Below are positions 27,897 to 36,908 of a stretch of 64,000 nucleotides of DNA, piece by piece. A program made the translations under genes and the position numbers. Every line of letters starts with the position of its first letter. Position 1 is the stretch's first letter. The notes under the pieces were generated by a model that did no database searches, was not told where the DNA came from, and worked only from the letters and a program-made list of their open reading frames with translations. Origin of the DNA: Nitrososphaerota archaeon (GTDB lineage: Archaea; Thermoproteota; Nitrososphaeria_A; Caldarchaeales; Caldarchaeaceae); contig JBEPYN010000001.1 in the NCBI GenBank assembly GCA_041641305.1, positions 64,001 to 128,000 on the forward strand, written 5' to 3'.

Positions 27897-28220
27897 TCAG
27901 GAAATAATACATCTTCTCCCGTCGTAATCCACATTATCCGCGAAGGCGATTATCCATCCTCTGTCCACGGCTTCTCCCTGTTCAGGACGCTGAAAACCTA
28001 CGAGGCCGTAGGCATCGGTTTTGAGGAGAAGCTCTTCGGCGACAAACTCCTCTTCGAGAACAAACCTGTTACCCTCTATGCGTCCGACGCCGATAAGCCA
28101 GCCCGGAGGGTCATCACCAAACTTCTTCCAATAGCTGATGCGAACAGCTTTCCCCGCGGTCTTCGCTCTTTCAGCAGCCTCGCCGGGCATCAATATTTTT
28201 TCGTAAATGTATGTCGGCAT
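27897..28220 (-). CDS. Hypothetical protein
   Basis: 107-aa ORF filling the gap, ATG start, divergent promoter shared with the oxidoreductase. Confidence 0.65.
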   Translation of the reverse strand: MPTYIYEKILMPGEAAERAKTAGKAVRISYWKKFGDDPPGWLIGVGRIEGNRFVLEEEFVAEELLLKTDAYGLVGFQRPEQGEAVDRGWIIAFADNVDYDGRRCIIS

Positions 28221-28283
28221 TTTGGGCTCGATGCTTGACTCCCATTTTTAAAGATATTATAGGGGAGTGGGGCCAATCTTCTT

Positions 28284-29462
28284 ATGCATTTTGATGTGGT
28301 GGTTGTTGGCGGCGGTTCAACCGGGTCGAGCATAGCGTATTATCTCGCTTCCAAAGGTGCGGGGAAAATCGCTCTCGTGGATAGGAGTAGGGTTGGATGG
28401 GGGCAGACTGGTAGATCCACGGCCGTGGTCAGGCTACACTACAGCACCGAGCCCCTCATAAAAATGGCTCTCGAAAGCTGGAAAACTCTCCGCGACATGG
28501 AGAGGGCCGTGGGAGGGCCCTCGGGGTTCACAGAAGTAGGGTTTCTAATTTTTGTCGGCCCTGATGACTTGGAAGGGTTGAAGAGAAACGTTGAACTGCA
28601 GAAGAGGCTCGGTGTAAACACGCGTCTGCTAGAACCCGAGGAAGTGAAGGCGATTCTCCCCCAGACCGCAACTGATGATTTGGCGGCTGCCGCATATGAA
28701 CCACATTCGGGCTATGCAGACCCTGTTACTACGGCGCAGACCTACGCCTCAGCTGCGGTTCGGGAGGGGGCGGTTTTACTGGAGGAATGTGAAGTATTTG
28801 CTGTTAGGCGTGAGGGTCGGCGCCTGCGAGGCCTCGAGACCACTAGGGGATTGATAGAAGCCGATGTAGTTGTTAATGCTACGGGCGTTTGGTGCAACAG
28901 ATTCTTCGAGATGGTCGAGGTCGAGATGCCGGTTAAAGTCTACAAGGAAGAGATAGTGGTGTGGAGAAGGCCTCAGAGCTTCGCCGGCGACCATCCCGTT
29001 GTCGGAGACTTGCCTAACAACTATTACATGAGACCTGCTGGAGAGACCCAGACCTATATGGGGAGTATTAACCCAGACCTCTCCATTCCCGGAAGATATG
29101 CCACAGATTTTGATTTGGAGGAGCGTGTTGGAATAGAGACTGCGACGAGATACGGTGAAGCTGTGTCGAAGCGTTTCCCGGCGATGGCTGAAGCGGGTTT
29201 CGCGGGCGGATGGATTGGTCTATATGATGTCACACCCGACTGGCTCCCAGTTATCGGCTTCTCGCAAGAGGTGGAAAACCTCTTTAATGCAGTCGGGATG
29301 AGCGGACACGGCTTCAAACTCTGTCCAGCCATCGGCATACTCGCGTCAGACATAATCATGGGCAAGAAAACAAGCGTCATCGACCCCATGTTCCTCCACG
29401 AAAAACGCTTCTCCGAAAAACGATTGGCAACAAGCAGCTACCGATACGGCGTCATATCTTGA
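28284..29462 (+). CDS. FAD-dependent oxidoreductase (DAO / sarcosine oxidase beta-like)
   Basis: VVGGGSTG, GYADP, YDVTPD..PVIG, GMSGHGFK. Confidence 0.9.
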   Translation: MHFDVVVVGGGSTGSSIAYYLASKGAGKIALVDRSRVGWGQTGRSTAVVRLHYSTEPLIKMALESWKTLRDMERAVGGPSGFTEVGFLIFVGPDDLEGLKRNVELQKRLGVNTRLLEPEEVKAILPQTATDDLAAAAYEPHSGYADPVTTAQTYASAAVREGAVLLEECEVFAVRREGRRLRGLETTRGLIEADVVVNATGVWCNRFFEMVEVEMPVKVYKEEIVVWRRPQSFAGDHPVVGDLPNNYYMRPAGETQTYMGSINPDLSIPGRYATDFDLEERVGIETATRYGEAVSKRFPAMAEAGFAGGWIGLYDVTPDWLPVIGFSQEVENLFNAVGMSGHGFKLCPAIGILASDIIMGKKTSVIDPMFLHEKRFSEKRLATSSYRYGVIS

Positions 29463-29501
29463 AATACAATTTTTAAGAAACCAAAACGCAAAACCATCTA
29501 G

Positions 29502-29598
29502 GCCCTGGTAGCTCAGCCTGGTGGAGCGACCGCTTGGTAAGCGGTAGAGCCTCGCCTCAGAGGCGCCGATGTCCGGGGTTCAAAGCCCCGCCAGGGCT
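29502..29598 (+). tRNA. tRNA-Thr(GGT) with 23-nt non-canonical intron (29548-29570) at position 45/46
   Basis: Acceptor GCCCTGG/CCAGGGC, anticodon arm ACCGC-TTGGTAA-GCGGT; removing the intron restores variable loop AGGTC. Confidence 0.92.
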
Positions 29599-30679
29599 AA
29601 AATCTAACAGGTATAAACCGTTTGTTCGCAGAAACCTTTCTTGAGGGAGGTTTCCCGACGATGTGAACCTTGTAGCCGCATCTTGGACACCTGTTGTCAT
29701 TTACAAGTCTCCAGTCGACGATGTCGAAACCATGCCTCTCGACAACCATTTCTCCACATCCGGGACAGTATGTGTTCTCAAGAGGGTGTCCGGGCACGTT
29801 TCCAACATAGACGTAGAGAAGCCCCTCCTCCTTTGCTACTTGGCAGTGTCTCTCAAGTGTTTCGACGGGTGTCCATGGGAGATGGAGGAGCTTGTAATCT
29901 GGGTGGAACCTTAGAAAATGTATAGGCGTCTCTGGGCCAAGGTTGTCATGTATCCATCTGCAGAGGCTGCGTGCGGCTTCGAGGTTGTCTCCTATCTCTG
30001 GAACGATGAGGTCTGTTATCTCAAGATGTATACGGGTTTTTCGCTTGATCTCTAGAAGGGTCTCGAAAATGGGCTCGGCGCTGGGTATACCTATAAATCT
30101 CTGGACAAAGCTTTGCTCACCGCTTCCCTTAAAGTCCACGGTTGCACAGTCGAGAAATTCCCCAGCCATCTTCACGGCATCGGGTGTCCAGTAACCGTTT
30201 GTTACGAAGATGTTTATCAAGCCTTTTCGCCTTGCGATGAGGCCGATGTAGTGGGCGTATTCCATGAATATTGATGGCTCGTTGTATGTGTAGGCTATGC
30301 CGTCGCTGCCATACCGGAGAGCAAGTTCTACAACCTCCTCCGGCGATGCCTCAACACCCTCAACCTTCCTACGCTGGCTTATGTCAAAGTTTTGACAATA
30401 GGCGCAGAGCCAGTTGCAGCCGGTTGTCGCGATGCTGAAAATCTTGGTGCCGGGCATGTAATGGGTTACAGGCTTCTTCTCAATCGGGTCAACATGTCCC
30501 GTTATTACACGGCCATAAACGAGTAGCCGGAGCTGGCCATCGAAAACACCTCGGACACCGCAAAGCCCAATCTGCCCCTCCTTCAGCTTACAGTAGCGGG
30601 CACAGGCTGTGCACTCTATTCTACCGTCTGGCAGGGGCCGCGCCAGCTCCGCTACTTTACCCAGACTTTTTATCTCCAC
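29597..30679 (-). CDS. amrS: AmmeMemoRadiSam system radical SAM enzyme
   Basis: CTACARYC, DPIEKKP, GCNWLCAYCQN, AYTYNEP, RFHPDY, YVYVGNVPG, C-terminal zinc ribbon. Confidence 0.92.
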   Translation of the reverse strand: MEIKSLGKVAELARPLPDGRIECTACARYCKLKEGQIGLCGVRGVFDGQLRLLVYGRVITGHVDPIEKKPVTHYMPGTKIFSIATTGCNWLCAYCQNFDISQRRKVEGVEASPEEVVELALRYGSDGIAYTYNEPSIFMEYAHYIGLIARRKGLINIFVTNGYWTPDAVKMAGEFLDCATVDFKGSGEQSFVQRFIGIPSAEPIFETLLEIKRKTRIHLEITDLIVPEIGDNLEAARSLCRWIHDNLGPETPIHFLRFHPDYKLLHLPWTPVETLERHCQVAKEEGLLYVYVGNVPGHPLENTYCPGCGEMVVERHGFDIVDWRLVNDNRCPRCGYKVHIVGKPPSRKVSANKRFIPVRF

Positions 30680-30715
30680 TCCATCAGTAAATTTGTCGTG
30701 GCGTGTTATAAGCTC

Positions 30716-31159
30716 TCACTTACCCAAAGGAATGTAGGGCTTTGTGTTAAAAAGCCTGTTATGCTCCTTCATCATGCACCTGTTCCAGACTACTGTGATG
30801 CCCTTGGATTTGAGGAGCTCGGCCGCCTCCTTGTTGTATATCCCTTCCTGCATCCAGAAAACCTTCGGCAATATTTTCGCAGCTGACTGGGCGACTTCGT
30901 AAACAGCCTCGCTTGGACGGAAAACATCAACTACATCGACTGGCTTCGGAATTTCCTCGAGGGTTTTGTAAACTTTTTGTCCGAGTATTTCGTCGGCAAA
31001 TGGGTTTACTGGAATAACTTCGTAACCGTGCCTCATCAGGAAACGGGGAACATAGTGGGCTGGCTTTGTTGGCTCGCGGGATGCTCCGACAACCGCGACG
31101 ACACGGTACTTCTGAAGTATCTCACGTATTTGTTCATCAGTTAAACCATCAGGCTCCAT
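30716..31159 (-). CDS. CoA-binding protein (YccU-like)
   Basis: VAVVGAS..P.KPAHYV, IPVNP, DVVDVFRP, WMQEG, NRCM. Confidence 0.92.
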   Translation of the reverse strand: MEPDGLTDEQIREILQKYRVVAVVGASREPTKPAHYVPRFLMRHGYEVIPVNPFADEILGQKVYKTLEEIPKPVDVVDVFRPSEAVYEVAQSAAKILPKVFWMQEGIYNKEAAELLKSKGITVVWNRCMMKEHNRLFNTKPYIPLGK

Positions 31160-31243
31160 GGCAAATAATGGTAGAAGAGAACAAATAAGCTTTAGGTTGC
31201 CTCGAGGAAAAACGTATTTTACCATGTAGAGTATTAGGTTGCC

Positions 31244-32017
31244 GTGAAGGCTGAGCTTTTAGAGCGTCTGGTCCACATCTCTGACACGCATATTTCACGG
31301 TTTGGGATGTTTCTGCCCGAAAGGCTTGACTCATGCATAAGGATAGTGAACAGCCTCGACCCTCCTCCACAATTCATCATCCACAGCGGGGACTTGACTG
31401 ACTACGGAATACTGATGGACTATGAAATGGCTGTGGAGAAGATGGATGAGTTTGAGCCAGACATAGTATATGTCCCGGGAAACCATGACGAGAGAAACTA
31501 CGGCGACTCGCTTTTCCGCGAAATGGTTTCCCAAGTCGATTTCTTGAACAGCTTCGGCAAAATAGTTGTCCTTACGCTTGGGAGCGCCATACCCGACAGC
31601 GACAACGGACGGCTGGGAAGATGGAGGCAGCAGCTGATAAAACAGAAGATGCAAGGCTTCGGCGACGACATTCTGAAAATCGTGGCGTTTCATCACCATC
31701 TCATACCGATTCCATACGCCGGCCGCGAAAAGGACATACTCGAAGACGCGGGAGACGTTCTCCGAATAATACTCGAATCAGGTGTCAACATGGTTTTGAT
31801 GGGTCACCGTCACGTGCGGAACGCGATAAAGGTTGGCGAGACACTGCTTGTAAACGCGGGAACCGTCTCCTGCGTAAGAACAAGGGGCAGACTAGGCAAC
31901 AGCTTCAACATCATCGACCTCTACTCAGACGGTTCAGTCGAAGTCTCTGAGGTGGGCTTGCCGTCAGGCGAAGCACGAAGCATCGGCAGATTTGCGGTAA
32001 AGAGGGGTATGCTGTGA
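31244..32017 (+). CDS. Calcineurin-like metallophosphoesterase (Icc/CpdA-like)
   Basis: SDTH, SGDLT, PGNHD, HHH, GHRH. Confidence 0.92.
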   Translation: MKAELLERLVHISDTHISRFGMFLPERLDSCIRIVNSLDPPPQFIIHSGDLTDYGILMDYEMAVEKMDEFEPDIVYVPGNHDERNYGDSLFREMVSQVDFLNSFGKIVVLTLGSAIPDSDNGRLGRWRQQLIKQKMQGFGDDILKIVAFHHHLIPIPYAGREKDILEDAGDVLRIILESGVNMVLMGHRHVRNAIKVGETLLVNAGTVSCVRTRGRLGNSFNIIDLYSDGSVEVSEVGLPSGEARSIGRFAVKRGML

Positions 32018-32670
32018 AGACCGGAGCCATAATAATCATAGCCCTTCTTGTTTCAGGTCTTGTTCTCGGAACACTTCTATTAGCCGTTCCCGGAACACGT
32101 GAAATCGTGTCGACTACAACCCGCATAATAACTTTGACCGAAACCTCCACAATAACCAAGTTCGCAACAGTCACGCGGCAAGGATATGGGCTGCCTACGC
32201 CATTACTTGAAAAACTATCTTCGATGGTTCCCGATTATGACAGGGCTCAAGCATATCACATATATGTTCCTGGTGAACCGGGTGTATACAGTTACGGCTT
32301 CGCAGTTTTTTGGCGATACGGGGAAAACCATACCCACTTGATTATTTTTCACGCTCTTGAGAACAAGACCATCATAATTGGTTTGAACAGCCTTATTCAA
32401 ACAAGGTTCGCGGCTGCCAAAAACATACCCAACACGCCGGCGGCTTTCATTCCCCGAGCTGAGATGACTGAGACTGTTATAACGGATAGCGGGCAAACGC
32501 TGACTAGGCGCTGGGAAATCATCCCCACATCTCCCGGCTACCCCAGCACACCGCAGGTTGAGAGAGCTGGTGACATGGTTTGGGTCATTCAATACCGGTT
32601 ATTGGATGAGCGAGAGTATGGCGAAAGCCTCGTGGCTCGCTACTATTTCCTCGAAATTATAGTCCGTTAA
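32014..32670 (+). CDS. Membrane-anchored hypothetical protein with Thr-rich stalk
   Basis: N-terminal hydrophobic anchor, TTTRIITLTETSTIT; GTGA-coupled to the phosphoesterase. Confidence 0.65.
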   Translation: MKTGAIIIIALLVSGLVLGTLLLAVPGTREIVSTTTRIITLTETSTITKFATVTRQGYGLPTPLLEKLSSMVPDYDRAQAYHIYVPGEPGVYSYGFAVFWRYGENHTHLIIFHALENKTIIIGLNSLIQTRFAAAKNIPNTPAAFIPRAEMTETVITDSGQTLTRRWEIIPTSPGYPSTPQVERAGDMVWVIQYRLLDEREYGESLVARYYFLEIIVR

Positions 32671-32984
32671 CGCCTCAGCCTCTTAAGTTCTGTGACGTCT
32701 GTTGTTCTGTAAACCCTGTATACTTGGACTGTAAGCAGAAGGGCCAGTGCCACGACTGTCGCTCCTACACCGAGGGACATGATGATGAATGACTGGGCAT
32801 AGGGGTCGACTACACCGTTTCCTGCTTTTGAGCTAAGCGCTACGAAGCTGAGGTGAGCAGCGTTGACCATGATCTCCAAACCGATTATCTGTTTGATTAG
32901 GCTTTTCCTCGTCGCAAGACAGTAGGCGCCGATGATGAATAGGAAGGATGCGGCGAGCACATAGTATACCACATTTAGGGGCAT
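32667..32984 (-). CDS. nuoK: NADH-quinone oxidoreductase subunit K / MrpC-like
   Basis: FIIGAYCL..RKSLIK..IGLEIMVNAA; three TMs; ends TTDV.ELKRLR. Confidence 0.8.
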   Translation of the reverse strand: MPLNVVYYVLAASFLFIIGAYCLATRKSLIKQIIGLEIMVNAAHLSFVALSSKAGNGVVDPYAQSFIIMSLGVGATVVALALLLTVQVYRVYRTTDVTELKRLRR

Positions 32985-32985
32985 C

Positions 32986-33246
32986 TTATTCATCCCTCCT
33001 CAAAAGAGCCGACAAACCTATTACAAGCGTTAGCACGACGAGGCCAAAGGACACAAAGAGTGGGAAAAATCCGCCGAAGAGAATTGTGCTGATAGCTCGC
33101 CATTCTGCGTTAGGCTCGGCTGGGACTAGACGTTGTCCATCGTCTGCCCAGTATCTATAAGCAGGGGAAGGGCCTGCCAGCGCCGAGAAGACGACGAATG
33201 CGAGAAGTATGGCAGTTATTGCTCCAAGAACCTCTGCGAGCCTCAT
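32986..33246 (-). CDS. NuoJ C-terminal half-like membrane protein
   Basis: AISTILFGGFFPLF...GLVVL..VIG...L resembles the NuoJ C-terminus; lies between the NuoJ N-half and NuoK. Confidence 0.6.
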   Translation of the reverse strand: MRLAEVLGAITAILLAFVVFSALAGPSPAYRYWADDGQRLVPAEPNAEWRAISTILFGGFFPLFVSFGLVVLTLVIGLSALLRRDE

Positions 33247-33491
33247 TTCTCCACGCCCCTAGTTAAGAGAATGACGAAGATGAATAGCGCGATTATCCCT
33301 CCCGCATAAACAAGTAGCTGGAGAATTGCCACTGGGTATGCGCCGAGGACAAAGAATAGAACGCCGAGAGTAGCGGTGTAGCCGAGAAGAGATATCACAC
33401 TTCTCACCAGCCGACCCTGTTCAACTGCCGCGACCGCGAAAATAGCCGCAGCAACAAGTAAAACCATTTCAAGAAGCTCAGGGGAAATCAT
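33243..33491 (-). CDS. nuoJ: NuoJ N-terminal half
   Basis: LVRSVISL...LGVLFFVLGA..VAILQLLVYAGGI. Confidence 0.8.
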   Translation of the reverse strand: MISPELLEMVLLVAAAIFAVAAVEQGRLVRSVISLLGYTATLGVLFFVLGAYPVAILQLLVYAGGIIALFIFVILLTRGVEK

Positions 33492-33610
33492 TCATCTCAC
33501 CATGCGGCGCAACGCGCCCATGCTTCTGATTATAGAGAGGTATTATAAAGGTGTGTTGTCCGTTTGTGTATGGTTAATATTGTTGTCTTTGTTCACGGTT
33601 CTCGACGGGC

Positions 33611-35641
33611 TTGGGTCTCTCTAAGGTACTAGGTGTTGCGGTTATCGCTCCGAGGCATAGGTCCGAGGAGCTTGTCAGAGATTTGATGAGGTTTGAGGAT
33701 TTTCACCCCGTTGAAAAAACAAAGTACCGTGACCCACTTCTCCATGAAATCGAGTACAGAGCAGACCTCGGATACTCTACAGTACAAGCCCTCATCCTGG
33801 AACTCAACATAAAAGAGTCGGTTGGCATAATTGAGCAGCTTTCGAAACCCGTCGAAATAGAGGCCAAAAAATTCTCCGCGTCCGACCTATTATCACTGTT
33901 GGACAAGCTTGAGGCTGAGAGCAGGCCAGTGGTGGAGGCTGTTAACAAACTTCTCAACCGCAGAAAAGAGGCTCAGGAGAAGCTGAACCAAACAACAACT
34001 CTATTCAACTCGTTGAGGGCGTTAAAAGATCTTAACATCAGTTTAGACCAGTTCACAGGTCTAAGGTGGTTCCACATATTCATCACAACAGCATCCGCGT
34101 CCGAGCTATCCGAGCTTCGTAGGGCATTATCCAAATCGGCTGTCATCACACAACCTCTTGAAAACATCAACCTAGTGGTCATAGTTTCAAAGAGAAGCGA
34201 TGGGGAAGATGTCGAGAGAGTTGTGAAGGGTCTCGGTCTCAAGCCGTTGACAATCCCCAGCGGATATCCAAAAACTGTCTCAGAAGCTGTTGCACGCCTC
34301 GAAACAGAAGTTCAGTCGCTCAAAAAAGAGGTTGACGCTCTTGGCTCAGAGTTGACAGAGCTTCTCGAACGCGAAAGACTACGACTTATAGCTGCTAGAG
34401 ATGGATACCAACTGGTTAAAGATACGCTTTCCCGTATAGCTGGTGCCGGTGAGCTTAGGTCATTCGCCGTGGCGGAGGGATACATCCCAGCCGAGAAAAA
34501 AGACGAGTTCCTAAAAACCATAGGCTCGAAATACCACGTAGTGTTTAAAGAAGAACCGCATGGACATCACGAGGAGCAGCCTGTTTTACTTAGAAACTCA
34601 TCACCTGTTAAACCCTTTGAGAATGTCACGCTTATACAGGGTGCTCCAAAAAGCGGCGAAATAGACCCAACACCCTTTGTCTCCATATTCTTCACCATAT
34701 TTTATGGGCTGATGTTCGCGGACCTTGGACAGGGTCTTGTTATACTTGGGTTCGGGGCCTTCATGTACAAACGTGTCAGAGGAGCTTTGAGAGAGTGGGC
34801 CAAGCTTCTCATGTTCCTCGGAATCTCCGCGGCGATAATGGGTTTTCTATTGGGCGAAGCATTCGGCTTCAAGGTAGGCAAGCTCATCAGCTCCCCCGAG
34901 CTAATCCACCTGGTCGAGGAACATGGAGAGACCAAGCAGTTTAGCCTCGTCGAGGTGCAGAAAATGCTTGTCTTCACCATTTTCTTAGGCGTTGTCCACA
35001 TGGTTGTCGGCTACATTCTCTCGATAGTGAAGCTTGTTAAGGAGAAAGAGCTTGCAGAGGCTTTTACAGTTAAACTTCCAACGCTGCTGATGTATATCTT
35101 TGGAATATTCTTTGCACTGGCTTTCTTCGGCGCGGGCGGCAACATACAAGGAATCCTTTCAACCGAGTCCCCCGCCCCCTTGGTCAACCTTCCAACCAAC
35201 CTTGTGGGAGCCGTGGGCATCTATGGAGCAGTGGCATGCATAATTGTGTTGATGCTGGGGCGGTTCGTCGCCGGCTTGGCCGGATTAGGTCACAAAACAG
35301 GAATCGTCTCCTCGATTGGCATGGGCCTGCTCGAGGTTCTTGAAAACATCATACACTTTCTCTCAAACACCATCTCATACTCGCGAATTACAATACTGCT
35401 AATTGTACACGTCGCATTATTGCTTCTCCTTAACACAGCATGGGAGGCCCTCGGACCGGTATCGCTCCCGCTTCTAATAGTAGGAAACGCTGGCGTCATA
35501 GTTCTCGAGGGATTGCTTGTCTTCATACAGGCGATGAGGCTTCATGTATACGAGTTCTTCAGCAAGTTCTACGACGGCACCGGAACACCCTTCCGTAAAC
35601 TATCGCGTCAAACCATCTACGCCAAAATCAGTTTCGAGTAA
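33611..35641 (+). CDS. atpI: A/V-type ATP synthase subunit I
   Basis: EGYIP, EIDPT, FYGLMFADLGQG, SNTISYSR (essential Arg), RLHVYEFFSKFY. Confidence 0.95.
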   Translation: MGLSKVLGVAVIAPRHRSEELVRDLMRFEDFHPVEKTKYRDPLLHEIEYRADLGYSTVQALILELNIKESVGIIEQLSKPVEIEAKKFSASDLLSLLDKLEAESRPVVEAVNKLLNRRKEAQEKLNQTTTLFNSLRALKDLNISLDQFTGLRWFHIFITTASASELSELRRALSKSAVITQPLENINLVVIVSKRSDGEDVERVVKGLGLKPLTIPSGYPKTVSEAVARLETEVQSLKKEVDALGSELTELLERERLRLIAARDGYQLVKDTLSRIAGAGELRSFAVAEGYIPAEKKDEFLKTIGSKYHVVFKEEPHGHHEEQPVLLRNSSPVKPFENVTLIQGAPKSGEIDPTPFVSIFFTIFYGLMFADLGQGLVILGFGAFMYKRVRGALREWAKLLMFLGISAAIMGFLLGEAFGFKVGKLISSPELIHLVEEHGETKQFSLVEVQKMLVFTIFLGVVHMVVGYILSIVKLVKEKELAEAFTVKLPTLLMYIFGIFFALAFFGAGGNIQGILSTESPAPLVNLPTNLVGAVGIYGAVACIIVLMLGRFVAGLAGLGHKTGIVSSIGMGLLEVLENIIHFLSNTISYSRITILLIVHVALLLLLNTAWEALGPVSLPLLIVGNAGVIVLEGLLVFIQAMRLHVYEFFSKFYDGTGTPFRKLSRQTIYAKISFE

Positions 35642-36166
35642 GCCGCGACGGCTGACAACAACCTTCCCCTTGGCAGATGGAATAACTGAAAAGACTGCGT
35701 CTGGATACACCTTGTCCATCTCCGCTCCCTGAAAGAGCCAGTCCAAAAAAACAGCAAGAGCCGCAGCCTCACTGTGAGGCTGATTTGTTACCGCGACATT
35801 GTAGTCAGCTATTTGAAACACTTCGCCCTCGACTTTTTCGCCACCTACTATAATCAACAAGTCATTATCTTTTATGACGGCTCTTATCTCATCAATTACT
35901 GTTTTGAGGGGAAGCCCATACATAGTGAGATGGACGATTTTTCCCGACCAGGTTTTCACGAACGCCTTCCATGATGAAGTGTATTCGATTTCGAAGCTGC
36001 CACCCCATTTCTCGACAACTTTGTTCACAGAGTCTTCGAGCTTCAGGTCGTAGTCGCCAGTGTAGAATAGGTTGTCGGCGCCGAAAGCCCTGGCCACTAG
36101 AGCTACGTGTGTCGACAGTCTCTTGTCCCGCTGTGTCCTATGCCCAAGGCGCAGTACCGTAATCAA
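35600..36166 (-). CDS. trm56: tRNA (cytidine-56 2'-O)-methyltransferase
   Basis: VLRLGHR..RDKR..THVAL.ARAFGA, VHLTMYG, NQPHSE. Confidence 0.95.
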   Translation of the reverse strand: MITVLRLGHRTQRDKRLSTHVALVARAFGADNLFYTGDYDLKLEDSVNKVVEKWGGSFEIEYTSSWKAFVKTWSGKIVHLTMYGLPLKTVIDEIRAVIKDNDLLIIVGGEKVEGEVFQIADYNVAVTNQPHSEAAALAVFLDWLFQGAEMDKVYPDAVFSVIPSAKGKVVVSRRGLLETDFGVDGLTR

Positions 36167-36669
36167 GCCAGCTTTTCAAGCTCTGCAATCTTGTTTCGAA
36201 GGCTTTCGATAAAGGCCGTGTTTTCGTATATTGTCAAAGGTTTTCCACAAGTTTTGCATCTAAACAACAACTCCATGGCTGTGTCGAAACCGTATTTTCC
36301 GCATCCGGGCGAGCCGCACCAATACATCTGGTTGTTTGACTCGTATTCAAGCCGGGCCTTCAGCCTCTCGAGGACTTTTCTTATCAAGGTTTTCGCATAT
36401 CCGACGAGCTGCTCCTGCTGGACCCGCCACCTGAAAACTCTATGTCCAGTTTCTTTTTCTCTATGAACTTCGTATGAAACCGCTCCTACTTCGTTGAGCC
36501 TATGCAAAACTCTTCTAACCTCCTTAATGTCCAGCGACGTCGCCGATGAAATATCCTCATCCGTTAAACCCGGCTTCTCCAGAAGAAGCCCAACAATTTT
36601 CACAGCCTCCTCTCCCGCGATCATGCCCACAATTTTCAAGCTCGAATCCTTATCAACAACCACCATCAA
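36163..36669 (-). CDS. tfe: Transcription factor E alpha (TFE)
   Basis: TDEDI..., EVRR.L..L wH domain, RLEYE.NN, C..C...FRCKTCG zinc ribbon. Confidence 0.9.
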   Translation of the reverse strand: MMVVVDKDSSLKIVGMIAGEEAVKIVGLLLEKPGLTDEDISSATSLDIKEVRRVLHRLNEVGAVSYEVHREKETGHRVFRWRVQQEQLVGYAKTLIRKVLERLKARLEYESNNQMYWCGSPGCGKYGFDTAMELLFRCKTCGKPLTIYENTAFIESLRNKIAELEKLA

Positions 36670-36754
36670 GCGAAACTACCCACCCAATAATATGGCCCGA
36701 CGATATTTTTGCTTTACCCTCATCCTTGGCAGAACTACCATATTGCGAAGAGCA

Positions 36755-36829
36755 CGGGCCCGGCGGGATTTGAACCCGCGGCCCCCGGGTTAAAAGCCCG
36801 GTGCTCTGTCCTGGCTGAGCTACGGGCCC
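36755..36829 (-). tRNA. tRNA-Lys(TTT)
   Basis: Reverse complement GGGCCCGTAGCTCAGCC...CCGGG-CTTTTAA-CCCGG...GGTTCAAATCCCGCCGGGCCCG. Confidence 0.95.
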
Positions 36830-36908
36830 AAGGTGTTTGTGGATTGTTTGCTATTTAAGGGGTTTGCGGCTGTTCATGTTTTTATCAGTCGCTTGGTTTT
36901 GGTTTGGT

